Below are positions 28,575 through 40,088 of a stretch of 64,000 nucleotides of DNA, in pieces; position 1 is the stretch's first letter; the number at the start of each line of letters is the position of its first letter. The notes beneath the pieces were generated by a model. It was not told the DNA's origin. It saw only the letters and a list, made by a program, of their open reading frames with translations, and searched no databases. Origin of the DNA: an uncultured Desulfatitalea sp. (lineage in GTDB: Bacteria > Desulfobacterota > Desulfobacteria > Desulfobacterales > Desulfosarcinaceae); assembly GCA_963668675.2 (NCBI GenBank), contig CAXXMB010000002.1, forward strand, positions 2,304,001 through 2,368,000, written 5' to 3'. Both the position numbers and the translations under genes were made by a program.

Positions 28575-29741
28575 ATGACAGAATACGATTATTGGAAGAT
28601 ATTTCCGCGCATGCCGCGCAAGGTGACCATCGGTGACATCACCATCCGGGATGGGTTTCAGCACTTGGAGAAGTTCATCTCCACCCGGGCGAAGAAGTTT
28701 TACCTGGAGGAGCTGATCTTTGCCGGCTGCCGCAACATCGAAGTGACCAACTTGGGCAATCCCTACCTTATGCCCCAGTTCAGCGATGCCGAAGAGCTTC
28801 TCAGGCATCTGCGCAGCCAACGTTTCAAGGACCGCTGCGCGCGCAAAGGGGTCAATTACGATGAGGTGGTCCTCACGGCCATCACCATCCGCGAGCCGGC
28901 GGTGGATCGCGCCATTCGGCTTCATGAAGAGGGTATCGGCCCGGACCGGGTATTGATGATGGTCTCTACCGAGGAGGAGCACCACTTCGCCAATTCGGGC
29001 TGCACCCTGCCCGAGTATTGGGAGGAGGCCGAGCGCAGTATTCAAAAGTGCCGGGATGCCGGCATCAAGATGTGCGGGACGGTGAGCACCATCTGGGGAA
29101 GCCCCATCGGCGGTGCGACCCGGCTGGAAGATGCCGTGGAGTTTACCAAGCGCTGGCTGGAGATCGGCGCCGACGATATCGAGCATGCCGACCATGACGG
29201 CAGCGCATCGGCACCGGACGTCTACCGCTACTTTGCCATGATCCTCGACGAGATTCCCGACACGAGTTTGCACGTCGCCCACTTCCATGAAACCAAACGG
29301 GTGGCGTCGGCATCGGTACTGGCCGCTTTGCAGGCGGGCATCTGCTACTTCGAAGCAACCCTGGGCGGTCTGGGTGGTCAGCCGGCCAATTTCCTGGATG
29401 ACTGCCCGGTGCCCGGCACCGGAGAATACTACTACAACGACCCCCGTTATGTCGGGCTGACCTGTCTGGAGGATATGCTGGTGCAGATCGACGAAATGGG
29501 CATCGAACATGGCTACAATGTGGATCGCATTCTCTGGCTGGGGAGTCAGCTGGAGCGCACCGTGGGCCATCGCCTGCGCAGCGAGGCCGCGATCAACGGA
29601 CGTACGCTCAAAGAGGGGCACCCCCGCTTTGCCCGTCCGGGGCTTGGGCCGCGCAAGGAGAAACGCGGCGAGGCGTCGGGCCAGAAGCTGCCCGACGGGT
29701 GGGGAGCTGAAGCGGTTCTGCCCGAGCACTTGCGACCGTAA
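28575..29741 (+). CDS. HMG-CoA lyase-like DRE-TIM metallolyase (atypical)
   Basis: DITIRDGFQ, HADHDG, HFHET, LGGLGGQP. Confidence 0.85.
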   Translation: MTEYDYWKIFPRMPRKVTIGDITIRDGFQHLEKFISTRAKKFYLEELIFAGCRNIEVTNLGNPYLMPQFSDAEELLRHLRSQRFKDRCARKGVNYDEVVLTAITIREPAVDRAIRLHEEGIGPDRVLMMVSTEEEHHFANSGCTLPEYWEEAERSIQKCRDAGIKMCGTVSTIWGSPIGGATRLEDAVEFTKRWLEIGADDIEHADHDGSASAPDVYRYFAMILDEIPDTSLHVAHFHETKRVASASVLAALQAGICYFEATLGGLGGQPANFLDDCPVPGTGEYYYNDPRYVGLTCLEDMLVQIDEMGIEHGYNVDRILWLGSQLERTVGHRLRSEAAINGRTLKEGHPRFARPGLGPRKEKRGEASGQKLPDGWGAEAVLPEHLRP

Positions 29742-29861
29742 GCCGGTCTATTATATGGTGGTGTTGGCATGGGTATTCGAATCGACAGAATACCTTTATT
29801 TGGAATGTTGCACTTTATACTTTAAACTTCCTCCCTCAAAACGGGAGGCAGGAGGCGTACC

Positions 29862-30497
29862 ATGGCACCGGAAGAGAAGCGGCCCATCAATGTGGATTAC
29901 TTCGAGGATCTGACCGGCGACATTGCATCCTGCGACGATGCGTGCCGGGAGCAGATCGGCGATCGGATCAGGACGTTGCGTGAAGAGAAGGGGTTGACCC
30001 TGGCCGACCTCTCCCAGTTGACCGGGTTCGAAGCCACCATGCTGGCAGACATCGAAAGCAACGCGATCAGTCCCCAACTCGGCACCATCATCAAACTCAG
30101 CAAAGCGCTGGACAGCGCCCTGCAGCGCCTGCTCTCCGGCGAGGGTGAAAAACTCTATGCCATCACACGCAAAGATGAGCGCAAAGTGGTTTCACGCTCT
30201 TCGGCCACACGCAGCGAACGCCCGGCCTACACTTACATGAGTCTGGCGCCGGAGGTCAAAGGCCGTCACATGGAAGCCCTGCTGGTGGAACTGGAGGCCC
30301 TCCCCGATCAGGAGCGTTCGGTGCACGCCGGAGAAGAGTTTATCTATGTACTCGATGGTATCGTTGAACTTCTCATCGGCGAAGAGCAGTTCGAGCTGCA
30401 TCCCGGAGACAGCGTCTACTACCTCTCCACGACTCCCCACCTGTTGACGGCCAAGGAGGGAAGAGCGAAAATTCTGGCGGTGATCTACTCCGCCTAG
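29862..30497 (+). CDS. XRE HTH-cupin transcriptional regulator
   Basis: IRTLREEKGLTLADLS HTH; cupin HAGEEFIYVLDG..GDSVY..PH. Confidence 0.92.
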   Translation: MAPEEKRPINVDYFEDLTGDIASCDDACREQIGDRIRTLREEKGLTLADLSQLTGFEATMLADIESNAISPQLGTIIKLSKALDSALQRLLSGEGEKLYAITRKDERKVVSRSSATRSERPAYTYMSLAPEVKGRHMEALLVELEALPDQERSVHAGEEFIYVLDGIVELLIGEEQFELHPGDSVYYLSTTPHLLTAKEGRAKILAVIYSA

Positions 30498-30656
30498 TAG
30501 GGTTCGTCACGGACGTATGGGATCGGTGACCCTGCACCTTTCGCTGCAAGGTATCTGCCTCGACACAGACGCCAGATCTGCTTCGTTTTGAATGCTTGAA
30601 AAAAGGAAAAAATTCGACTATCGAAACGAAACGGACGCCAACCAACGGATATCAAT

Positions 30657-32312
30657 ATGGGCAAGGAAGCCGAAACACTCCCCTTTCACACTTGCGTGTC
30701 ACCCGAAGGGCGATTTGTTTATGGGCTGCACCAGCCCCGATTTGCGGCTGTCAATTTGCGTGCCGGGGACTATCACCATCGCTTGGGCCGCACCTTGGAT
30801 GGCCAATCCTGCACCAATAGTTCCAATTTCCCAGCCGGCGATGTAACAGAACCGGCGGCCGACCCCATTTTCGAAATTGCCAACCCGTTTCCTTTTCGAG
30901 GCACCACCTATATCGGCAAAAGGTGGGCCGACCGCACGGCCGGGGATGTGAGCCGAATCGTCATCCCCGAAAGACCAGAAGTCTCCCTGACACAGCATCT
31001 GCGCCAAAGCCCAGTTGGACGACGCAGTGACGAAGATGAGCTGCAGGGCCTGGTGTCGGGTCTGCCGCGTCCGTTGCAGCTGGCCGTGGCGGCCACCTCC
31101 ACCGACCCGGCCGATCTGATTCCATTGGTCGATGTCTGCTGCCTGTTGGAGCGGTGTCCCGAGACCGGTGACCCCATCGGATTGATCTACTCCACGGATG
31201 ACGAAGGTCACAGTAGAGCCAAAGTGTTCGACGAACCACTGTTCGATACTCTGGCCAACAACCCGGCCCTGCCCGATCGCTACCGAGAGGTGATGGTGCT
31301 GCGCCCCGGCGCCCAGGGGAGGAGTGAAATTGTGGGCGAATGGCGCCGTGAAGGGAGTCATGCCTTCGAATACTTGCGGCGAAACAGCTACATCCCCTGG
31401 GGCCACTACGCAGCCAACATGGCCGACGATGCGGTCCGTTACGCCGTGGGGCAGTTGATACCCGAAGATATCTTCGGCATGCGTCACCTCTACTATCAGC
31501 GCACCTATGTCCGTCTGGCCGACATGCTGCATCTTTCCATTCCGGCCGCGCGTCGGGAGCTGACCCCGACCGAACTGGAGCGGGTGCGACAATCGATTGT
31601 CTCGACCCTTGCCACAGCCGACCGGGACCGACTGCCATTTACAGCCACCCTGTGGGGCTGGAACTATGGCTTCGACTACGCACCCAACGGCTATCGGCTG
31701 CACGCATCCCACCAACAGATTCACCAGCAGTATGCATTGGTTCCCTCCAGGGTGCCGGCGGTCGCTGGCGAAACGGACAGCGCCTTGGACGCCTATGCCT
31801 GCGGCGATATGATTCACGCCTTTATCGAAAGGTATCGCGAACAGACCGGCCGGTCGTTTTTCGACTGCTATCTGGAGGCCATTGCCGCCAACCGGCGCAT
31901 GGACGGGCATCCCGACCGGCCCCATGATCTGGTCGTCTATCAGGATGACGATGTGCTTCTCTTCGTGCCCAAGGCGCAAACCTCCCAGTGGGAACTGCAA
32001 CTCATGACACGTGGCCGGGTCGGCAATGTGGTAGAGGCCGATGAAGCGGTGCGGCACGCCCTGGATCGGGCTCTGCTGCTGGCCATGCGCATCCTGACCG
32101 CGCTGGGCGCCACCATGGTCACCGTGATCGAATACAGCAGGCGTTTCCACCTTCGTGGGAGCGGACAGCGCCTGCTATACGCCTTCCTGCCCCGCCTGCC
32201 CGAATCCCCGGGCGCATTCAGCGAAGCCCAACTGCGCTGGATCAACGGCCACTATCCCGAAGACTTTGCCGAGGCGTGCCGGGGCAAGCTGCCGGATTCA
32301 ACTCGCTTTTAG
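30657..32312 (+). CDS. Uncharacterised protein with a GalT/HIT-fold nucleotidyltransferase C-terminal region
   Basis: WNYG..HASHQQIHQQ aligns by eye to GalT N.G..GCSNPHPHGQ; LFVPKAQ..WELQLM; ..YPEDFAEACR tail. Confidence 0.6.
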   Translation: MGKEAETLPFHTCVSPEGRFVYGLHQPRFAAVNLRAGDYHHRLGRTLDGQSCTNSSNFPAGDVTEPAADPIFEIANPFPFRGTTYIGKRWADRTAGDVSRIVIPERPEVSLTQHLRQSPVGRRSDEDELQGLVSGLPRPLQLAVAATSTDPADLIPLVDVCCLLERCPETGDPIGLIYSTDDEGHSRAKVFDEPLFDTLANNPALPDRYREVMVLRPGAQGRSEIVGEWRREGSHAFEYLRRNSYIPWGHYAANMADDAVRYAVGQLIPEDIFGMRHLYYQRTYVRLADMLHLSIPAARRELTPTELERVRQSIVSTLATADRDRLPFTATLWGWNYGFDYAPNGYRLHASHQQIHQQYALVPSRVPAVAGETDSALDAYACGDMIHAFIERYREQTGRSFFDCYLEAIAANRRMDGHPDRPHDLVVYQDDDVLLFVPKAQTSQWELQLMTRGRVGNVVEADEAVRHALDRALLLAMRILTALGATMVTVIEYSRRFHLRGSGQRLLYAFLPRLPESPGAFSEAQLRWINGHYPEDFAEACRGKLPDSTRF

Positions 32313-32712
32313 TAGGTCAATGTTTCCATATAGAGCAGGCCGGTGATGGTCAGTATGATGAACGGCACATAGAGGACCGCTTTAGTTCTCCCTCTGGAGT
32401 ATAGAATCGGCCAAAGATAAAGCTACCTTGGAGCTGGCGGGGTCGAACCGGAAGTCCTTTAGCTAGAGTCTGCTCGAAAGCCTGTCCGGGGGTGATATTT
32501 TGCTGGGAAGCAATTTGGTTTCAGTGATAGAGAATGCGATCCAACAGGTTGCGGGCGTCGGTGATCACATGATCGCTGATATCTTCATAGTGCGTTAGAT
32601 AGACGGCTGCGGCGGCGATCAGCGAGATAATCACGCCAGCCAGTGCCAGGCGAAAGGCCAAGCTGCGGTAAACGAAGGCACGCAAAGGGATACCGGGTTT
32701 TGGATGTGCCAA
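32309..32712 (-). pseudogene. Degraded two-TM sensor/signalling gene remnant
   Basis: TM1-containing ORF stops at TGA 32521-32523. The same frame continues (NQIASQQ..GSFIFGRFYTPEGEL). A second TM-like piece (KAVLYVPFIILTITGLLY) is in another frame. No output domain. Confidence 0.6.
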
Positions 32713-32785
32713 TGTTCCATTTCTCGCGGTTGATCAGGCGGCTTCCCCTGACGCTGAAGCCCTGAGGTCTTTGCAACGTCAGCGG

Positions 32786-33040
32786 TTAATAGGCCAGCCG
32801 GACACCTGTGATGGCGGTATCGGGCAGCTTTGCAGGACATGGCGACACACGGACATACTTGACGTTGGCATAGGGTACCGCATACATGGCCCCTTCGACC
32901 TCCAGGACGAGCTGGTTCTCGGCCAATGCTTTACGAACCATCGTGCCGATCTGGCTGGGATCGTCGATCTGGACGGGAAATTCAAACTGCAGGTCGGACC
33001 CGTCGGTGAAATAGATGGTGATCCTCCGGTCCTTGCCCAT
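32786..33040 (-). CDS. Hypothetical protein, 84 aa
   Basis: GAGGAGG RBS; globular beta-rich sequence (ITIYFTDGS..VPYANVKYVRVSPCP.KLP); co-oriented with ettA. Confidence 0.75.
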   Translation of the reverse strand: MGKDRRITIYFTDGSDLQFEFPVQIDDPSQIGTMVRKALAENQLVLEVEGAMYAVPYANVKYVRVSPCPAKLPDTAITGVRLAY

Positions 33041-33105
33041 AGATGCCCTCCTCTTTCATGTTTTGTTTTCGCCTTCATCCTTCATTCTTACCCCTTCTCC
33101 AGAAC

Positions 33106-34785
<1,680 letters not shown>

Positions 34786-35085
34786 TGCCGCTCCTTCTGG
34801 CCGGGCACGGGAAGCCGAAGATTTAAGTTGGAATTGTTTGAAATGGTGTTTGTTGCCCCTGTTTAAAACGAAGGGGCAGTGGAAATCAAATCATTTTGAA
34901 CGATATCGGACCAGCTGCTGTGACCCTGGCTCCAGTAGATCTCAAACGGCCACAACAGAGAGACAGGAGAACATGTAGCCGGCCACCAGGGCAAACAGCA
35001 GACTGTGAGTGGGGCCGCGATGAAAGGCCGCCCCGTTGCCCTTGACCAGGAGTCCGAAACGGTATTTCGTTAAGAGAGGGGCTTT

Positions 35086-35703
35086 TCAGGACTGTTTTTT
35101 AACGACGCCGGTCCCTATCACCATATCCCTGATCGCCTCATACGGCTGGGCACCCACCAGGAGGGTGTCGTTCATTTTGAAGGTGGGCACGGCGGTGATG
35201 CCCAATTCATACGAACGCTGCCAATCCTTATCCACATCCGCCGTACAGCGCCTCTCGACCAGCACCTGCTCGGCTGCATCCGGATCAAGGTCGCACGCCA
35301 AAGCAAGCGATCTCAACACCTCGAGTCGGGCAATGTTGTTGCCATGGGCAAAATAGGCTTCAAACGCGAGTTGGTGGAACCGGTCGCCCTGGCCCTGGGA
35401 CTCGGCCCACTTGCCCAGCTCTTGGGCCCTGCGGCTGTTGTAGGTCATGCTGCGCCGGGTAAAGGGCAGCCCGAGGCTGTCGGCTGTTTGCTTGAGCCGC
35501 TCCACTACTTTGGAAATATCGGCAATGCGTCCGGCAAACAGATCCTCCAACGTGCGCCCTTCGTCCGGTGTCTCTGGATGGAGTGGGAAAGCGGTCCATT
35601 GAATGTCGATTTCAAACTCCTGTCGTGCTCGTTCAATACGCCCGGTAATGAAGTAGCACCACGGTCAGATATAGTCGGAAAAAATTTCTAAAACAGGGGT
35701 CAT
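35086..35703 (-). CDS. DsbA/FrnE-family oxidoreductase, predicted selenoprotein (UPWC active site), 205 aa
   Basis: ATG 35703 with GAGGTG RBS gives MTPVLEIFSDYI-TGA-PWCYF..AFPLHP.., in frame with track ORF 35086..35550 (GITAVPTF, GAQP). The TGA (35665-35667) sits at the first Cys of the family CPWC motif. Confidence 0.88.
35625..35659 (-). promoter_or_regulatory. Putative bacterial SECIS hairpin
   Basis: GUGCU-ac-UUCA-u-UAC-(CGGGC)-GUA-u-UGAA-cg-AGCAC directly 3' of the UGA; G-rich apical loop about 20 nt from the codon. Confidence 0.7.
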
Positions 35704-35900
35704 CTGGTCACCTCTTGCTGAATTTTATTTTAAACTGGCCTTGTTTTGAGACAATAGTCACGAATACCTCCACACGCAAATAGATCAGAGGCACGCGCCT
35801 CATGTCGATTTATTCATACCGATCCGGCGCAACATAAGGGTGAGATTAAAACGCTACCCTAACCATGCGTGACGATCCCAGTTCGATATTTCGATGGATT

Positions 35901-35940
35901 AAAAAAGGCTATCGCCCATTCAAGGGCGATAGCCTTTTTT
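35901..35940. terminator. Rho-independent terminator (symmetric) after acd
   Basis: AAAAAAGGCTATCGCCC-ATTCAA-GGGCGATAGCCTTTTTT. Confidence 0.9.
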
Positions 35941-35979
35941 ATCTCAATGCTGTTTCAGGCCAATTCCAGGGGGTGTAAA

Positions 35980-37143
35980 TTAACGATTGGCCTTGCGGTA
36001 GCCCAATTGATCCTGGGCGACGATGGTCTTGCAGATGTTGGCCGAACCCTCCACCATGATGTAGGTGGGGATGTCTCGGTAGAAGCGGGCGATGGGGTAC
36101 TCTGTGGAGTAGCCGTAGGCACCGAGGATGCGCAAGCCGTAGTTGGCGCACTTCATGGCCGTTTCGCCGGCGAAGTATTTGGCCTGGGCCACCTCCATGC
36201 CGTTACCAAGCTGGCCGGCGTCTTTTTGCAGGGAGGCCTTGTAGACGAGCAGGCGGGCGGCTTCCACGTCGCACACCATCTGGGCAATCAGGTCCTGGTT
36301 CATCTGAAACTTGCCGATCGGCTGGCCGAACTGCTGGCGCTGGTTGCAGTATTTGGTGGCGATGTCCAGACACGCCTGGGCGCAGCCCACGGCGCCGGCG
36401 GCGGCGGAGAGGCGGGTGTTGTTCAGGGAGCTGAAGACGATTTTGGCGCCGTCACCAACCTTGCCCAGCAGGTTCTCCTTGGGTACCCGGGTGCCGTCGA
36501 AGAAGATCTCGCCGGTGGGCGAAGAGTAGGAGCCCATCTTGTCCAGGTCGGTGGTTTTGATGCCGTTGAAATTCTTCAGCTCTACGATGAAGGCGGAAAG
36601 TCCCTTACCGCGCTTGCTCTTGTCGGTGAAGGCGTAGCAGATGACCACGTCGGCCTGGTTGGCGTTGGAGATCCAGGTTTTGGAGCCGTTGAGGATGAAG
36701 CAGTCGTCCGTCTCTTCTGCTTCGGTCTCAATGGACATGACATCCGATCCGGCATTGGGCTCGGTGATGGCGAAACCGCCCAGGTAGTCACCTTCGGCCA
36801 GTCTTTTTACATACTTCTTTTTTGCGGCTTCGGTGCCATACAGGTAGATGGGGAAGGCGCAGCCGATGGCCGACAAATTATACTGTACCCGCAGGGAGCT
36901 GGAAACCCGTGCGATCTCTTCGGTGATGATCGAGGTGGCCAGCCAGCCCATGTCTTCTCCGCCCCACTCTTCGGGGATCACGGCGCCGAAGAAGCCCAGT
37001 TCTCCCATGGGTTTGATGACCTCTTTCACCGGCAGGTAGTGGTTGGCATCCCATTCGTCCACGAAGGGGGCGATTTTCTTTTTAGCGAAATCCTGTACTG
37101 CTTTGCGCAGCATTTCATGTTCTTTTGACAGTTTGAAATCCAT
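35980..37143 (-). CDS. acd: Glutaryl-CoA dehydrogenase, non-decarboxylating type
   Basis: Closely resembles, from recall, Desulfococcus multivorans Acd: PMGELGFFG.VIPEE, FQMNQD, RILGAYGYSTEYP.ARFYRD.PTY.MVEGSANICK..DQLG.RKANR. Confidence 0.85.
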   Translation of the reverse strand: MDFKLSKEHEMLRKAVQDFAKKKIAPFVDEWDANHYLPVKEVIKPMGELGFFGAVIPEEWGGEDMGWLATSIITEEIARVSSSLRVQYNLSAIGCAFPIYLYGTEAAKKKYVKRLAEGDYLGGFAITEPNAGSDVMSIETEAEETDDCFILNGSKTWISNANQADVVICYAFTDKSKRGKGLSAFIVELKNFNGIKTTDLDKMGSYSSPTGEIFFDGTRVPKENLLGKVGDGAKIVFSSLNNTRLSAAAGAVGCAQACLDIATKYCNQRQQFGQPIGKFQMNQDLIAQMVCDVEAARLLVYKASLQKDAGQLGNGMEVAQAKYFAGETAMKCANYGLRILGAYGYSTEYPIARFYRDIPTYIMVEGSANICKTIVAQDQLGYRKANR

Positions 37144-37239
37144 TGTTAACTCCCTTTAAGTAGAATAATCGAAACTTGATTTCAGCGGCGATCGTGATGT
37201 GATGGAAGCCAGCGATCGCTTCTTACCGTATTTTGACAG

Positions 37240-38481
37240 CTATTTTCTTTCCAGAATTCCGGCGATACCCAATCCGCCGCCGCCGCAAATGCACTCCATG
37301 GCCAGGCGGGTGTCACGGCGTTTCATTTCATGCAGCATGGTGACCAGCACGCGGGTGCCGGTGGCGGCAATGGGGTGCCCCAGCGAGATGCCGGAGCCGT
37401 TGACATTGACCTTGCCGTAGTCGGCCGGATCGACGCCCATCTCTTTAAGATCGGCCAGTACCTGGGCCGCAAATGCCTCCTGGATCTCGATCATCTCCAT
37501 CTGCTCGATGGTCAGGCCGGTCCTTTTCAGAACCTTATCGGCAGCGACCGCTACAGTGCGGTAGGCGTGTCTTGGGTCGTCTCCAGCCACCACACAGGCT
37601 CTGAAGGTCGCCATCGGCTCGACGCCAAGGGCTTCGGCCTTTTCGCGGGTGGTGATCACCACGGCGGCGGCACCGTCATTCTCGGTGGAAGAGTTGCCGG
37701 CGGTACATACGCCACCGAGCACCGGTCGCAGGCGGGCCAATTTTTCCAGGGTCGTGTCGCTGCGCGGGTTCTCGTCCTGGGTCACGACGACGGGGTCGCC
37801 CTTGCGCTGGGGCACCGATACCGGCACGATCTCATCATTGAATTTACCTGCCTCGATGGCCGCACACGCTTTCTGGTGGCTCTCCAGAGACCACTGGTCA
37901 CACGCCTCACGGGAGATCTGTTCGACTTCGGCGGCGGTTTCGGCCCACGCCATCATCGATGGCAGTACGCCGAAGCGCTCTTCCGGCTGGGACATGACCC
38001 GCGCGCGTTGGATGCGGTCGTAGAAGCGCAGGCCCCAAATGCCCAGGTCGCCATGGCCCCGGGGCATGCCGCCGGTGCCGCCTACACCCCACTTGATGTT
38101 TCCGGGCAGATAGAATTCGGCGTTGCTCATGCTCTCGACGCCGCCGGCCACTACAATTTCAGCATCCCCGGATTGGATCAAGGCGGCGGCAAAACGCACC
38201 ACGTCCAGGCCGGTGCAGCAGCGCCGATCGAGGGTTACGCCCGGGACGTAATCGGGCCATCCGGCCGTGAGTAGCCCCATGCGGGCAATGTTGACATACT
38301 CTCCATTCTGGTAAGACTGGCCGAACACCACCTCGTCCACGCTCTCCGGTTTGACGCCGGCTTTCTCAAGCGCGGCATTCATGACCAGGGCGGCGAGATC
38401 GTATGCCTGGATGGTTTTAAGCGCACCCATGTAGCGGCCTACCGGTGTTCTGACTCCACTGATAATGACAACTTCTTTCAT
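37240..38481 (-). CDS. Thiolase (acetyl-CoA C-acyltransferase)
   Basis: RTPVG, DRRCCTG nucleophile, AGNSS..NDGAA, EAFAAQ, GHPIAATG, CGGGGLG. Start 38481. Confidence 0.93.
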   Translation of the reverse strand: MKEVVIISGVRTPVGRYMGALKTIQAYDLAALVMNAALEKAGVKPESVDEVVFGQSYQNGEYVNIARMGLLTAGWPDYVPGVTLDRRCCTGLDVVRFAAALIQSGDAEIVVAGGVESMSNAEFYLPGNIKWGVGGTGGMPRGHGDLGIWGLRFYDRIQRARVMSQPEERFGVLPSMMAWAETAAEVEQISREACDQWSLESHQKACAAIEAGKFNDEIVPVSVPQRKGDPVVVTQDENPRSDTTLEKLARLRPVLGGVCTAGNSSTENDGAAAVVITTREKAEALGVEPMATFRACVVAGDDPRHAYRTVAVAADKVLKRTGLTIEQMEMIEIQEAFAAQVLADLKEMGVDPADYGKVNVNGSGISLGHPIAATGTRVLVTMLHEMKRRDTRLAMECICGGGGLGIAGILERK

Positions 38482-38938
38482 ATGGCATCCTTTGTATTGA
38501 TTCATTTGGGCAATCTTCATGTTTTCCGCATATCGGTTTCTGCATCAATCGGCAACTGTCTGCCTCTCCCGTAATCTCGCCGTGCGGGGAGCGAGTGCGT
38601 CGACGTCCGGGGAGCGTCGCAATGGAACCGTCATACAGGTTCTGGCAGGTTGGGAACAATCCAGAGCTTTGTGCCAAGCGAATCCACATAGCAACATCCT
38701 TCAAATGTGTCAACAAGCACGGTGGCCAGAGCCCGCATGACCGGCGAGGCATTTGGCATCTAACGCGGGTACGCGGACATTTGAAATCTCTGTTTCACGC
38801 CAGTGCAACAGGTGGGTCAAAGCGTGCGCTGCAGGCTTGCATCTTGGCCCGATCTGATGCTATTGTTTGGCGATTCGGCGCATCGGCGCCCTTACCGGCA
38901 GCAGCCGCCCTACCCATTCCGAGCCTGAGGAGATGCAG

Positions 38939-40003
38939 ATGCAGTTAACCGTTACCCTCAACGATCAGTTGAAGCCAAAACCCGATGAGAACAACCTTGG
39001 TTTTGGAACGATTTTTAGCGACCATATGTTTAATATGGACTATTCGCCCGAGAAGGGCTGGCACAACCCACGGATCGAACCCTATTCCCCTTTTGTACTG
39101 GACCCGGCCACTATGGTTTTGCATTACGGTCAGGGTATTTTCGAAGGGCTTAAGGGGTACCGCACGGAGCAGGGGCATATCCAGATGTTCCGGCCGCACG
39201 AAAATTTCAAGCGCCTGAACTATTCGGCCCGTAAACTGTGCATCCCCGAATTCGACGAGGCGTTTGCCCTCGATGCGCTCAAGGAGCTGTTGCGCATCGA
39301 GCGGGAGTGGGTGCCTGGTGCGCCGGGCACGTCTCTCTACATCCGTCCCACGATCATCGCCACCGACCCTTTTCTGGGCGTGCGCGCATCGCACACCTAT
39401 CGTTTCTATATCATTCTCTCTCCGGTGGGCGCCTACTATCCGGAAGGGTTCAATCCCATTAAAATTATGGTGACCCGCGATCATGTGCGTGCGGTGCGCG
39501 GCGGCGTGGGCGACACCAAAACCATGGGTAACTATGCAGCCAGCCTGTTGGCGGGTGAGGAGGCGCACCGGGCAGGATACACCCAGGTGCTCTGGCTGGA
39601 CGGTGTGGAGCAGCAATATGTTGAAGAGGTGGGCTCCATGAATATCCACTTCGTCATCGACGGCGAACTGGTGACCCCCATGCTCAACGGAAGCATTTTA
39701 CCCGGCATCACCCGTGATTCGGTTTTGGCGCTGGCCAAGTCGTGGGGCATGCCCGTCAGTGAGCGTTTGATCACGATTGACGAGGTGTTCGAGGCCCACC
39801 AGGCGGGTCGCCTGACGGAGATTTTCGGGTCGGGTACGGCAGCGGTGGTCTCGCCGGTGGGAGAGCTCAAGTACGAAGATCGGATCATCACCGTCGGCGA
39901 AGGAGAGGTCGGCCCGGTTGCCCAGCGGCTGTTCGATACGATGACGGACATTCAGTACGGCCGGGCGGAAGATACGATGGGGTGGGTCGAGCCGGTCGAT
40001 TAG
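38939..40003 (+). CDS. ilvE: Branched-chain amino acid aminotransferase
   Basis: LHYGQGIFEGLK, LYIRP, K..GNYAASL, EEVGSMN, ILPGITR, GSGTAAVVSPV; GAGGAG RBS. Confidence 0.96.
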   Translation: MQLTVTLNDQLKPKPDENNLGFGTIFSDHMFNMDYSPEKGWHNPRIEPYSPFVLDPATMVLHYGQGIFEGLKGYRTEQGHIQMFRPHENFKRLNYSARKLCIPEFDEAFALDALKELLRIEREWVPGAPGTSLYIRPTIIATDPFLGVRASHTYRFYIILSPVGAYYPEGFNPIKIMVTRDHVRAVRGGVGDTKTMGNYAASLLAGEEAHRAGYTQVLWLDGVEQQYVEEVGSMNIHFVIDGELVTPMLNGSILPGITRDSVLALAKSWGMPVSERLITIDEVFEAHQAGRLTEIFGSGTAAVVSPVGELKYEDRIITVGEGEVGPVAQRLFDTMTDIQYGRAEDTMGWVEPVD

Positions 40004-40088
40004 GCCTGCTGATCAGATTTCCGTTCAACGCTATTTCATATCCATTTGATCCCGAAATATCGGGGTGTGATCAATAAAGGAGTGCTAC

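Noticed and set aside
32429..32457. Minus strand GGACTTCCGGTTCGACCCCGCCAGCTCCA resembles a tmRNA/tRNA 3' end (possible att site)
   Set aside because: The T-arm does not pair properly, there is no integrase nearby, and the stretch reads as coding sequence of the pseudogene (KGLPVRPRQLQ).
32521..32523. In-frame TGA as a second selenocysteine
   Set aside because: No redox motif context, no SECIS-like hairpin seen, and the gene has other lesions.
35086..35550. 154-aa TTG-start ORF as the complete gene
   Set aside because: It lacks the active site; the upstream in-frame UPWC segment with RBS and SECIS explains it better.
38660..38677. TGGCAC on the minus strand as a sigma54 promoter for the thiolase
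   Set aside because: No GC at the -12 position (GG-N10-GC is not met).
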